DNA of 64,000 nt from Pseudomonadota bacterium (GCA_027320085.1 DAHVLZ010000019.1:97172-161171); one strand, 5' to 3'; numbered from the stretch's first letter, positions 9,742-19,569 are shown. Numbers and translations: made by a program. Notes: generated from the sequence alone by a model not told the origin.

Positions 9742-10642
9742 CCACCACATCGGCAATGGCGCCCATAATCGAAAGCGTGTACGCATTCTTTCACAGAAAC
9801 ATTTCTCGTGAACACGACATTCGCCACAAGAGCGGCGAGGCCTATTCACCCGGCGAACGGGACATCGCACAATCCGTGCGCGACAACTTGGCTGTACACC
9901 TCGCGCGCATACCAGGTAATGCGCCTCACGAGAGCCTTCGTCGACTGGCAGTCAGTGCTAAAGACCGGCCAGAAGAAGTGGGCCTCCAGGCCCTTCTGCG
10001 CAACCACGCCTCCGAGGGAGCGGCACGGCTGGTGCTTCGTGAGCCCAAGGACATCCCGCGCTTAGGGGACGTGTATTGCCGGGAACTACGGTCTGAGGCC
10101 GAGTTGTTTGAAGTCGTTCTTGCGCGCCTAGAAGCCATAAAAGACAGTGTCGAGTCCGGCCGGTTCAGTGAGAGGGTGTTATTCGAGCGCGGTATGGAAG
10201 AAAAAAGCTGCAGACGTGGCTCGCGGCGCGGCTTGAGGAGGCATGCGGCCGGCACGCGTTTGGGGTTACGCGGGAGTTTGAGGGTGACGAAGGCAAGAGG
10301 CCGGATATTCACATCCATCATGCAAAGGGAGCGGTCTGTTTGGAAATCAAGCCCCTGGATAAAATGCGCTATACGCATAAGAAGCTGCGAAAGGCGTTGG
10401 AAAGACAGCTTGTCGACCAATACATGGGTAGGCGCAATAGTCGTCATGGTATTCTCATGCTTTTTCTATTAGAGAGTCGAACGTGGCAACTTCCAAGAAA
10501 TGGGCGAGCGGATTTCAACGAGCTCCTGGTCTTTATACAGGAATGCGGAAATATGCTCGCCAAAAACAGGCCGGATGTCGAGATTCTTAAGGTCTTCGGT
10601 ATTGATTGTACCGAGCGTCACGTGCCGGTAGTAGTGTGTTAA
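9742..10642 (+). pseudogene. 3' part of the same large gene: helical region plus C-terminal PD-(D/E)xK nuclease-like domain
   Basis: LFEVVLARLEAIK; after a frameshift near 10200, LQTWLAARL..VTRE..GKRPDIHI..CLEIKP..LERQLVDQYM..HGILMLF. Confidence 0.7.
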
Positions 10643-10763
10643 GAGAACAAATCTGTGAAGGCGGACACAGGGTCACAGGGTTTAGGTTTGTGGCACCAAG
10701 AATACCCCCGTGTCTAGCGACAAACTAAGAACGAAACAACGAGAAAAACGAGAGGAGGACCAC

Positions 10764-11945
10764 ATGAAGCTGTATATTACGTCGCCGGCGAAGGCAGACG
10801 CAGGGGTAATAGGTGTCTATCGGAGGGCGTTTCGGGAGGCTACGGAGCTCTATCTTGTTTCCGCTTATCTCACAGCGTGGACGGATATCCCGAAATTAAA
10901 CAGAGCGTGCAAAAGCTTCACCATGATTATAGGCAAGGATTTCGGTATTACGCGCAAGGCAGCATGTAATTCAGTTGTGGATTGGTTACCGAAGAGATTT
11001 CTGTCGAATTTCATGGTAGCGGATGGAATGGCGGGGTTCCACCCGAAGGCGCTTTTCTGGAAAGACAGTTGCAATGGGAACCACATGCTTGTAGGGTCGT
11101 CGAACATGACAGAAGCGGCAATGTCAGGGAATGTAGAAGCTAACGTGTACCAGCTCATTACACGGAAAGAGTTTGATAGAGCGCGCCTATGGGTTGGAGG
11201 CCTGGCGCAACATTCAGTACCGGTGGCGGGGGGCTGGCTCGCCAGGTACAGGGAGGCATCAAAATGGCCTTCTGGCGGCGGAGGTAGGCGAAAGCAGATG
11301 GTGGGGGAAAAGGAAGGCGTCTCCGTTATGCCGTTGACCTTGCCAGACCCAACGGCTGGTAAAGAAATGATTGGGGGCCGAAAATCGCAGATAAAAGAGT
11401 TCGAACATAACAGAAGGAAGTTTCTACATATGCTCCGCCGGCGCGTTGCAGGAAAGACACGTAATGTTGATGTATACAATAGTATGTTAAATCTATGGGG
11501 CATTATGGCATTTCAATCGCAGCAATGGACAAGGAGTGGGCGGCGGAGCAACTGGAAAGCGTTTGCGCGGGCCTTTCTGGAGGTTTGCGATGCCAGAGAT
11601 GAAGAGCGGGATGAAGTCGTGCGGGCTCAAAAGGACTTGTTAAAGAAAAAGAAGGTACCGACGCGCGGGTCTGTGTTTGCGGAATTGCTGTGCCACTATT
11701 TTCCAGATTTGTATCCTGTGTTAAACGAGCCTGTCGGAGAATGGGCGAAGCGGGTAGGATACAGGGCGCCTCGTGGAGCATCGGAAGGAAATCGGTATCT
11801 TCTTCTTGCAAAAACACTCCGTGCCGCGCTTGCGCAAAAGCCCAGAAACTATCCCGCTAAAAATCTCGCGGAGCTGGACATTTATATTTGGGCTTACATA
11901 AAAAACGAGCGGGATAAAAAGAAAAGAAGACGCAAGAGTAAATAG
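10764..11945 (+). CDS. Phospholipase D (HKD)-family nuclease
   Basis: LVSAYLT, FHPKALF...VGSSNMT...NVEAN; GAGGAGG RBS. Confidence 0.85.
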   Translation: MKLYITSPAKADAGVIGVYRRAFREATELYLVSAYLTAWTDIPKLNRACKSFTMIIGKDFGITRKAACNSVVDWLPKRFLSNFMVADGMAGFHPKALFWKDSCNGNHMLVGSSNMTEAAMSGNVEANVYQLITRKEFDRARLWVGGLAQHSVPVAGGWLARYREASKWPSGGGGRRKQMVGEKEGVSVMPLTLPDPTAGKEMIGGRKSQIKEFEHNRRKFLHMLRRRVAGKTRNVDVYNSMLNLWGIMAFQSQQWTRSGRRSNWKAFARAFLEVCDARDEERDEVVRAQKDLLKKKKVPTRGSVFAELLCHYFPDLYPVLNEPVGEWAKRVGYRAPRGASEGNRYLLLAKTLRAALAQKPRNYPAKNLAELDIYIWAYIKNERDKKKRRRKSK

Positions 11946-11997
11946 GGAGTGCAGTGTATATGAGGATTGCGGGGGGCTCTAAGTTGGATGGCGGCAT

Positions 11998-13802
11998 ATG
12001 AATTTCTCTGAACTCGCCAACTTCATCTGGTCTGTGGCAGACCTCCTGCGCGGTGACTACAAGCGCGCCGACTACGGCAAGGTCATTCTCCCCTTCACCC
12101 TTCTGCGGCGTCTCGAGTGCGTCCTTGAGCCCACCAAGGCGAAGGTACTGAAAGAATACGAGAAGCGTAAGAGCGAGGCGGCGCTCGAGGTGCGTCTCGC
12201 GCGCGCAAGCGGTCAGATCTTCTGCAACACAAGCCCCTTTACGCTGTCCGCGCTCTTGGATGACCAGAAACACATCCGGCAGAACCTCACCGCCTACTTG
12301 GGCGACTTCTCGGCCGAGGCCCGCTATGTCTTTGAGAACTTCAGGTTCTTGAACCGCGTAGGGGAACTCGAGGAGAAGAACCTCCTCTTTCTCATTGTCC
12401 AGAAGTTCGCCGCCATCGACCTGCACCCCGACGGGGTGCCGAACGAGATGATGGGCCAGGCCTTCGAGGACCTCATCCGGCGGTTCGCCGAGGACTCCAA
12501 TGAGACGGCCGGTGAGTACTTCACGCCCCGGGACGTCATCCGCCTCATGGTCCAATGCCTGTTCGCTGAAGACAGCGACAGTCTCTCCCGCCCAGGTGTC
12601 ATCCGCTCCCTCTACGACCCGGCGGCGGGCACGGGTGGGATGCTCTCCATGGGGCAACTGGCCCTCCACGAGATGAACGACAAGGCCAAACTCGCCCTCT
12701 TTGGCCAGGAGCTGAACGAAGAGTCCTACGCCATCTGCAAGGCGGACATGCTCATCAAGGGCCAGGACCCGAACAACATCCGCCCGGGCAATACGCTCTC
12801 GGCGGACGCCTTCCCCGACGAGCGATTCGACTACGGGCTCTCCAATCCCCTGTTTGGAGTCGACTGGAAGAAGGTCCAGGAGGCGGTGAAGACCGAATAC
12901 GAGAAGAAGGGCTACGGGGGCCGCTTCGGGCCGGGACTGCCGCGCATCTCGGACGGGGCGCTCCTCTTCCTCCTGCATCTCATCTCCAAGATGCGGCCAG
13001 TATCTGATGGCGGGGGCCGCATCGGCATCGTGTTGAGCGGCTCGCCCCTCTTTACGGGGGATGCCAGCTCCGGCGAGTCCGAAATCCGCCGCTGGATTCA
13101 GGAAAACGACTGGCTTGAGGCCATCATTGCGCTGCCCACCGACCTCTTCTACAACACGGGCATTGCCACCTACATCTGGATACTGGATAACGACAAGCGC
13201 AAGGACCGCAAGGGTAAGGTCCAGCTGATTGACGCCACCCGGATGTACGCCAAGATGAAAAAGAGCCTAGGGAGCAAGCGGGCCACCATCACGGACACCC
13301 AGATTGCCGAAATCGTGAAGGTCTACGGGGACGGTCAGGAAGGGGGCCACCTTCTCAAGCGAATACCAGGACAGCAAGACGAACGGCAACGGCACCCCCC
13401 GAACCCGAGGCCCCGCGGGTGGTCTCCAGGGTCTTCGACAACGCCTTCTTTGGCTACCGCAAGGTCACCGTGGATAGGCCGCCCCGCCCCGGCACTGAGG
13501 GCAAGCCCAAGAAGGGCGAAAAGCCCTACGATAAAGAGCTGCGGGATACCGAGACCACCCCCCTTACCGAATCCATCGACGACTACATGGCGCGAGAGGT
13601 GTTACCCCATGTGCCGGATGCTTGGGTGAACACCACCATCCGGGATGAGAAGGACGGTCAGGTCGGCAAGGTCGGTTATGAAATCAACTTCAACCGCTAT
13701 TTCTACGTGTACAAGCCACCCCGGCCGCCCGAAGTCATTGCGGCGGAGATTCGGGAGATGGAGAAACGCTTCCTTGAGCTCATGAAGGGGATGGTGGGGT
13801 GA
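11998..13802 (+). pseudogene. hsdM: Type I R-M methyltransferase subunit, frameshifted near 13342-13400
   Basis: FIWSVADLLRG, GEYFTPRDV, YDPAAGTGGML, NPLF in place of NPPF; C-terminus (KVGYEINFNRYFY) lies in another frame. Confidence 0.9.
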
Positions 13803-14335
13803 AAGTGTTGGCCGAGGTTCTAAATCCCGATGTGCGCCAAGCGGCTCTTGTCACGTTAGACATTGGCGGATGGCGCCCTATAGGGATTCGCGACTACCAT
13901 ACGCAATTGGAGGCTCTCCGAGTTACAGATGTTGTCCCGGAAGCCGTTCGGGAGCAGTTTGATGTTGCTCGCAATTTGATGTTGTATGGCTGGTTTGTGT
14001 ACGAATTCTATACAGTTGCAAGCAATCATGCGCTGGCATGCTTGGAATACGGCTTGCGAGAAGCCTGTCAAATCGTAAATGGCGGCATGAACCCGTGCGC
14101 GAAAAAACCCGGACTCAGGTGTTACCTCAAGAAAGCGACGAAACTCGGATTGATTCCCGCGGGTAAGTACCATGACAAACTGGACTTTCTCCTTTCGAGT
14201 GTTCGCAATAGCATAGCCCACGGCGGCCGCACACTGCTCAACTACGCAATGGCGATGGCAACTTTGGAGGTAGTGGCCGACTTATTAAATGACGTATTCA
14301 GTTCGGAAAGGGTCTCGTCATGTCGGCCAATATAA
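13799..14335 (+). CDS. HEPN-like protein between hsdM and hsdS
   Basis: Predicted helical; ARNLMLYGWFVYEF..ACLEYGLRE and C-terminal RNSIAH (Rx4H); overlaps both neighbours. Confidence 0.6.
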   Translation: MKVLAEVLNPDVRQAALVTLDIGGWRPIGIRDYHTQLEALRVTDVVPEAVREQFDVARNLMLYGWFVYEFYTVASNHALACLEYGLREACQIVNGGMNPCAKKPGLRCYLKKATKLGLIPAGKYHDKLDFLLSSVRNSIAHGGRTLLNYAMAMATLEVVADLLNDVFSSERVSSCRPI

Positions 14336-14967
14336 GACATGTTGGTGTATCTGGTTCGTCCGCGTGGACCAAGCTGAAGTACGTCGCAAGAATTGGAGGT
14401 GGGGCAGGATTTCCTCCTGAAGAACAGGGTCAAACTGGCAACGAGCTCCCGTTCTGCAAAGTAAATGCGCTCGAGTCTTCCACAAGCGATGGCATACTCT
14501 CGGCGCCTTGGGACACGGTTTCGAGTGCAACTGCCGAGAAACTAGGGGCCCATATTTTCAAGCCGGGTTCGACCGTTTTCGCCAAAGTGGGTGCCGCGCT
14601 GTTATTGAATCGCTTCCGGCAGATTAACTGTCGTGCTTGCTTAGATAACAACAAGATGGGCCTTGAACCAGACCAGAGCCGTGTCTCACCACGGTATCTT
14701 ATGTACGCCCTGAGCACAAAGGACTTGTCCATCGTCGCTAATCCCGGAGCCGTTCCGTCGGTGAATGCTTCCCAAATTGCGGAGGAGAAAATTGTCTGCC
14801 CACCCGTCCTAGAACAAACCCGCATCGCCAACTTTCTCGACGAGCAGATGGCGCGGATTAATGCGCTGATTGCGGAGAAGGAGAGGTTGGTTGAGTCATT
14901 GCGGGAATACAGGCAGTCATGGCTCTCGGGGCTATTGAGGTCGCCACCTGGTGGCGACGTTGCATAG
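14320..14967 (+). CDS. hsdS: Half-length type I specificity subunit (one TRD plus conserved helix)
   Basis: WTKLKYVA..GAGFP, VFAKVGA, PPVLEQTRIANFLDEQMARINALI..LREYRQS; 215 aa. Confidence 0.85.
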   Translation: MSANIRHVGVSGSSAWTKLKYVARIGGGAGFPPEEQGQTGNELPFCKVNALESSTSDGILSAPWDTVSSATAEKLGAHIFKPGSTVFAKVGAALLLNRFRQINCRACLDNNKMGLEPDQSRVSPRYLMYALSTKDLSIVANPGAVPSVNASQIAEEKIVCPPVLEQTRIANFLDEQMARINALIAEKERLVESLREYRQSWLSGLLRSPPGGDVA

Positions 14968-15144
14968 CTACGAGGCCTGATACGCAAACGCACGAGATTC
15001 TGACCCTTCTGCGCCGTGGGGAGGGGTTCATCAATGACCTAGACAGCGACTTACCGTCCGAGGTCGTGGTCATGCGCGATGCGCTGGGCCGGAACCTGTG
15101 TAGAGCCGCAGGCCTCCGGTGACGCTTAACCACCAGATGCGCCA

Positions 15145-15804
15145 TTATGGGATGGGCTTTCTATTAGCGGCTATAACTTTTTTGTTAAAATCGTCCTTAC
15201 GCTTTTGAGCAGCGGCGGGCGCGACGAAGAGGAAGTCAAACAGTCCGTCAAGTACGATCAGATTCCACTCCGCTTCACCTTCCGCGACGGGCATTATTTG
15301 CCCGGACGATGCGTCTTTTAATGGGTGCGCAGCAAAGTTTCCGATCTCACGAACGCAGTGGAGTTGAGCGCCCAATTGAGACGGCAACATCTTGCCGTTG
15401 ATGGCCTTCTCAATCTCATCTGACAGATTGTTTCCCTTGATACCAAGGTTGTTTTGAAGAATGTTTTGAAGGCATCGACGGCTCAGGGCGGCGCTCGCCT
15501 TTGGACTGTCCTGTAGCACTAAGGCCGCCTCGGAGTAGTCTTCTGCAAACTCCCGCGGAACATCGGGCGGTGGGGCTGGTCGCGCAGACGCTTTTGGGTA
15601 AGCAATGAACGATTCTTGATCTACAAAAGACATGCCTCCATCGCTGTAGTGCTTTACCTGGTTAGCGTGCACGAGAGAAATTATGACTTTTTTGCATTCT
15701 GGACATGCCTGATAAGAAACTCCCCAGTTACTGTCTGCATCTCGGAGAAGGTAGTGCAATTGCGGATGGTTAAAAAAAGCTGTGCGGCAATGCGGACACA
15801 CCAT
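15145..15804 (-). CDS. DUF4145-like (HEPN superfamily) protein with N-terminal Zn ribbon
   Basis: CPHC...CPEC, DYSEAALVL..SPKASAALSRRCLQ, REIGNFAAH. Confidence 0.85.
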   Translation of the reverse strand: MVCPHCRTAFFNHPQLHYLLRDADSNWGVSYQACPECKKVIISLVHANQVKHYSDGGMSFVDQESFIAYPKASARPAPPPDVPREFAEDYSEAALVLQDSPKASAALSRRCLQNILQNNLGIKGNNLSDEIEKAINGKMLPSQLGAQLHCVREIGNFAAHPLKDASSGQIMPVAEGEAEWNLIVLDGLFDFLFVAPAAAQKRKDDFNKKVIAANRKPIP

Positions 15805-15819
15805 ATGGTTTCCTCCTAT

Positions 15820-16821
15820 CTAGCCTAGTAGTGCAGCTAGGTCTTCTGCCCTTAGGTGAGTATAGCGTTTCAACATCTGCAACGTCTTGTGTCCCGTGAT
15901 GGCGGCCACCTGCATCGGGTTCAGACCCCGCTCAAAGAGTCGGGACGTGGCCTCGTGGCGCAGATCGTGGAACGCCAGGCTCTCGATCTTGGCCTCGGCA
16001 CAGACGCGCTCAAAGGCTTGTGAGATCGAATCTGGCCGCATGGCCCAGACCTCGCCGTCTATGCGCCGTGGGAGAGCATCTAAGACGGCCAGGGCGCGGG
16101 TAGAGAGCGGCACACGCCGGGGCGTTCCCGTCTTGGTTTCCGGGATCAAAAGCACCCGGGCTCGCTGGTCCACATGCTCCCACCGCATGGCGGCGATCTC
16201 GCCGCGGCGCATGGCGGTCTCTATGGCCCAAGTGATGATCGGGCCGATCTGCCCGCCGTAGGTGGTGGCTTCTTCCAAGAGCTGCTTTCCCTCGTCGCTG
16301 ACCAAGCGACGGTCGCGGCCGGGTGGCAGCTTAGGGCGCTGGCTTTTCACAATGTCCACGGGGTTCGAGAGGGATTCCATGCCCCATGCCGTGCGGGCGG
16401 TATTGAACAAATGGGAGAGAAGGTTGAGCTCTTTGTGGATTGTCGCCGGTGCGGCGTTTTCGCCGGCGCGTTCGCGCACGTATTTCGCCATGTCTTTCCC
16501 TCTGATGACGGCGAGCGGACGAGATGCGAGCGCGTGACGCTGCCAGCGCTCGATCCGAAAACGCTCGACCGCCGTGCCTCTCTTGCCAGGTGTTATCTCC
16601 TGCGCGTAGCACTCCAGAGCCTCGCGCAGGGTCGTGCTCTCGGCCTCCGCGCGGGAGACGAACACGCCGCGCCTCATCTCAGATTCGATGGTGGTCGCCC
16701 AGGTCTCCGCCTTGTCCTTGCTGTCAAACGTGGCGGTTTGCTGAGGGTAACCCCGCCGGCGAATGAGGACTTGCCATACCCGGCGGCCGCCAGGGCCTTT
16801 GCGCGAAACGTAGGTCGCCAT
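15820..16821 (-). CDS. Tyrosine recombinase/integrase
   Basis: TAMRRGEI, ETKTG, FHDLRHEATSRL, ITGHK..LKRYTH (complete R-K-H-R-H-Y set). Confidence 0.95.
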   Translation of the reverse strand: MATYVSRKGPGGRRVWQVLIRRRGYPQQTATFDSKDKAETWATTIESEMRRGVFVSRAEAESTTLREALECYAQEITPGKRGTAVERFRIERWQRHALASRPLAVIRGKDMAKYVRERAGENAAPATIHKELNLLSHLFNTARTAWGMESLSNPVDIVKSQRPKLPPGRDRRLVSDEGKQLLEEATTYGGQIGPIITWAIETAMRRGEIAAMRWEHVDQRARVLLIPETKTGTPRRVPLSTRALAVLDALPRRIDGEVWAMRPDSISQAFERVCAEAKIESLAFHDLRHEATSRLFERGLNPMQVAAITGHKTLQMLKRYTHLRAEDLAALLG

Positions 16822-16879
16822 AACACCCCCCTTATAACACCTTGATAACACCCATTCGCCGGAACGCGGCCGGATGATT

Positions 16880-16910
16880 TGCGACAACGGATTGTCGCAG
16901 GATTGTCGCA
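16880..16910. repeat. GGATTGTCGCA x2 plus inverted TGCGACAA, putative arm-type sites
   Basis: Direct copies at 16889-16899 and 16900-16910; inverted copy at 16880-16887. Confidence 0.65.
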
Positions 16911-16941
16911 AAAGGAAGGGTTGGCTGGCTAGTTGGCTTGC

Positions 16942-16954
16942 TAAGTGCTTGATT
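16942..16954 (-). promoter_or_regulatory. Putative IHF site next to the tRNA att
   Basis: Minus strand AATCAAGCACTTA matches WATCAANNNNTTR. Confidence 0.6.
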
Positions 16955-16957
16955 TTA

Positions 16958-17032
16958 TGGTGGGCGATGCAAGGTTCGAACTTGCGACCCCTGCCGTGTG
17001 AAAGCAGTGCTCTACCGCTGAGCTAATCGCCC
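16958..17032 (-). tRNA. tRNA-Val(CAC)
   Basis: GGGCGATTAGCTCAGCGGTAGAGCACTGCTTTCACACGGCAGGGGTCGCAAGTTCGAACCTTGCATCGCCCACCA folds as a cloverleaf. Confidence 0.97.
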
Positions 17033-17099
17033 CGGGGCCATCTTGCGTCTTTCGGATGCTCATCTTAACATGGCCAAACCGTCCGAGCATGCCTGCTCC

Positions 17100-17813
17100 A
17101 TGATCTTCCGCCAGTTTTTTGATCCGGTTTCCTGCACCTATACCTACGTTCTGGGGGACGAGGCGGGGCGGGAGGCGTGTCTCATCGACCCGGTTCTGGA
17201 GCAGGTCGATGAGTATGCCCAATGGCTCGATGAACAAGGGGTCCGCCTGGTTTATGCCATTGACACCCATATCCATGCGGACCACATCACGGGCTTGGGA
17301 CGACTGCGCGAGCGGACCGCCTGCCGGACGGCGATGGGGCAAAGGAGCTCGGCCGAGTGCGTGGACGTCAAGCTTGCGGAAGGCGAATCCCTCTCCGTGG
17401 GGACTCTCGCGCTCAGGTTCCTTTATACCCCGGGTCATACCGACGACAGCTACAGCTATGTCATGGCCGACCGGGTGTTTACGGGGGATGCACTTCTGAT
17501 CCGGGGGACCGGCCGGACGGATTTCCAGAACGGGGATCCCTACCAGGCCTATGACAGCCTGTTCCACAAGCTCCTGCTGCTGCCGGAAACCACTGCGGTT
17601 TATCCTGCGCATGACTACCACGGAAAGACCGTGAGCACGATTGGCGACGAGAAGAGATTCAACCCGCGGCTCCAGGTCCGCTCAGCCCGGGAATACGCGG
17701 ATCTCATGGCCTCCCTCAAACTGCCGGATCCGCGTCTCATGGACGTTGCGGTTCCCGCCAACCGGCGGTGCGGCCAGGTTGCCCCACAAAACGATGCCGG
17801 ACCGGTTGGATGA
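17100..17813 (+). CDS. MBL-fold persulfide dioxygenase (ETHE1/SDO-like)
   Basis: MIFRQFFD..TYTY, THIHADHITG, TPGHT, GDALLIRGTGRTDFQ, YPAHDY, AVPANRRCG. Confidence 0.9.
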   Translation: MIFRQFFDPVSCTYTYVLGDEAGREACLIDPVLEQVDEYAQWLDEQGVRLVYAIDTHIHADHITGLGRLRERTACRTAMGQRSSAECVDVKLAEGESLSVGTLALRFLYTPGHTDDSYSYVMADRVFTGDALLIRGTGRTDFQNGDPYQAYDSLFHKLLLLPETTAVYPAHDYHGKTVSTIGDEKRFNPRLQVRSAREYADLMASLKLPDPRLMDVAVPANRRCGQVAPQNDAGPVG

Positions 17814-17878
17814 GCCGCAAGCGAGTGGGGAAACTCGGGTAAAATGACGCATCTTCCGGCCCCCTTCGGATCATTCCG

Positions 17879-19333
17879 TTGTCTCCATCCCATCGTCTGA
17901 CCGACCCTCCGGTTGAACACCGCGTCGACCGGGTGCGGACCCGCTTTGCGCCGAGTCCCACCGGCTTTCTGCATATCGGAGGGGCGCGGACCGCCCTTTT
18001 CAATTGGCTGTATGCCCGCCATTTCGGCGGTGATTTCATCCTGCGGATTGAAGACACCGATACTCACCGTTCCACGGCAGCCTATAGCCAAGCCATCGTC
18101 GAGGGACTTGCCTGGCTCGGACTCGATCCGGATGAGGGCCCCATCTACCAGAGTGGACGTTTCGAACGGTATCAGGCCGTCGCCGATACCCTGATCCGGC
18201 AGGGGTCGGCCTATCGCTGCTACTGCACCCCGCAGGAACTGGAAGAGCGGCGGAATGAGCAGACTCGCCGGGGTGAAAAACCCCGTTACGACGGGCACTG
18301 TCGGGATTTGACCGTAGCCCGTCCCGGCGTTTCGCCGGTCGTTCGTTTCCGGACTCCGCAAGAGGGGGCGGTGGGTTTCACCGACTCTGTCCGGGGAGCC
18401 ATCGGTTTTGAAAACGCGGAGCTGGATGATCTTGTCATTCTGCGATCCGATGGGACCCCGACCTACAATTTCGGGGTGGTGGTTGATGATCATGACATGG
18501 AGATCACCCATGTGATCCGGGGGGACGACCACATCAACAACACCCCCCGTCAGATCCACATCTATCACGCGCTCGGCTTTCCCCTGCCGGAGTTCGCGCA
18601 CCTGCCGATGATCCTGGGTCCGGACGGTTCGCGGCTTTCCAAGCGCCACGGCGCCGTGAGCGTCGAGCAGTACCGGCTTGATGGCTTCCTGCCGGAAGCC
18701 ATGGTCAACTACCTGGTCCGACTCGGTTGGTCGCATGGGGATCAGGAAATTTTCCCGACGGACGAGATGGTGCAGTACTTCGACCTGACCGCCATCAGCC
18801 GGTCTCCCGCGATTTTCAATCGGGACAAGCTCACCTGGCTCAATCAGCACTACCTCAAAAGCTTGCCTGGGGAGAGGATCCGGTCCGCGCTGGAACCACT
18901 CCTGCCGATCATCGGTCTTTCGGAATGGGCGAGTCCCGCACTCGGTGCCGTAATCCCCCTCCTGCAGGGACGCAGCCGGACCTTGACGGAGATGGCCGAG
19001 TCATGCCTGGTGTTCTACCGTGAACCGCAAGCCTACGATGAGAAAGCCTGGAGGGAGCATCTCGGATCCGGCCAGGAGCACTTGCTGGAAGTCGTTCGGA
19101 AGCGACTCGATGCCCAGTTGGAATGGACACCAGAAGCCCTTCATCACATCCTCACCGAGGTCGCGGAGGCTCAAGGCCTGAAGCTCGGACAGGTGGCCCA
19201 GCCGATCCGGGTGGCGCTCACCGGGAATACCGTCTCACCTCCGATCGATCAGACCCTGGCCGTATTGGGAAAGGAACGGTCGCTCGCCCGCCTGGACCGG
19301 GCCCGAGCCAGGCAGGCCGGACTTGCGGGGTAA
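17879..19333 (+). CDS. gltX: Glutamate--tRNA ligase
   Basis: RFAPSPTGFLHIGGART, LRIEDTD, RLSKRHGA; exact start uncertain. Confidence 0.97.
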   Translation: MSPSHRLTDPPVEHRVDRVRTRFAPSPTGFLHIGGARTALFNWLYARHFGGDFILRIEDTDTHRSTAAYSQAIVEGLAWLGLDPDEGPIYQSGRFERYQAVADTLIRQGSAYRCYCTPQELEERRNEQTRRGEKPRYDGHCRDLTVARPGVSPVVRFRTPQEGAVGFTDSVRGAIGFENAELDDLVILRSDGTPTYNFGVVVDDHDMEITHVIRGDDHINNTPRQIHIYHALGFPLPEFAHLPMILGPDGSRLSKRHGAVSVEQYRLDGFLPEAMVNYLVRLGWSHGDQEIFPTDEMVQYFDLTAISRSPAIFNRDKLTWLNQHYLKSLPGERIRSALEPLLPIIGLSEWASPALGAVIPLLQGRSRTLTEMAESCLVFYREPQAYDEKAWREHLGSGQEHLLEVVRKRLDAQLEWTPEALHHILTEVAEAQGLKLGQVAQPIRVALTGNTVSPPIDQTLAVLGKERSLARLDRARARQAGLAG

Positions 19334-19351
19334 AGAGAGATACCTCAAAGC

Positions 19352-19381
19352 TTGACAGAACCCATGGGATGCCTTGAAAAT
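19352..19381 (+). promoter_or_regulatory. Possible sigma70 promoter for the tRNA pair
   Basis: Perfect TTGACA, 18 nt spacer, GAAAAT, just upstream of tRNA-Ala. Confidence 0.4.
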
Positions 19382-19393
19382 GATCGGCTCCGG

Positions 19394-19469
<76 letters not shown>

Positions 19470-19493
19470 CGTCACCTTTGCTCCCGGAGTTTC

Positions 19494-19569
19494 GTCCCCA
19501 TCGTCTAGAGGCCTAGGACACGGCCCTTTCAAGGCCGTAACACGGGTTCGAATCCCGTTGGGGACGCCA
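19494..19569 (+). tRNA. tRNA-Glu(TTC)
   Basis: GTCCCCATCGTCTAGAGGCCTAGGACA CGGCC CTTTCAA GGCCG...TTCGAATCC..GGGGACGCCA. Confidence 0.97.

Larger units (their letters stand above)
6739..17032. mobile_element. Tyrosine-integrase genomic island integrated at tRNA-Val(CAC), defence-type cargo
   Basis: tRNA 3' duplication at both ends, integrase next to the intact tRNA, AlpA-like gene at the far end, lower-GC cargo. Confidence 0.88.

Noticed and set aside
7704-13802. General sequencing error as the cause of all frameshifts and stops
   Set aside because: Lesions are confined to accessory genes while long core genes are intact, which favours real decay; individual homopolymer sites still need read checks.
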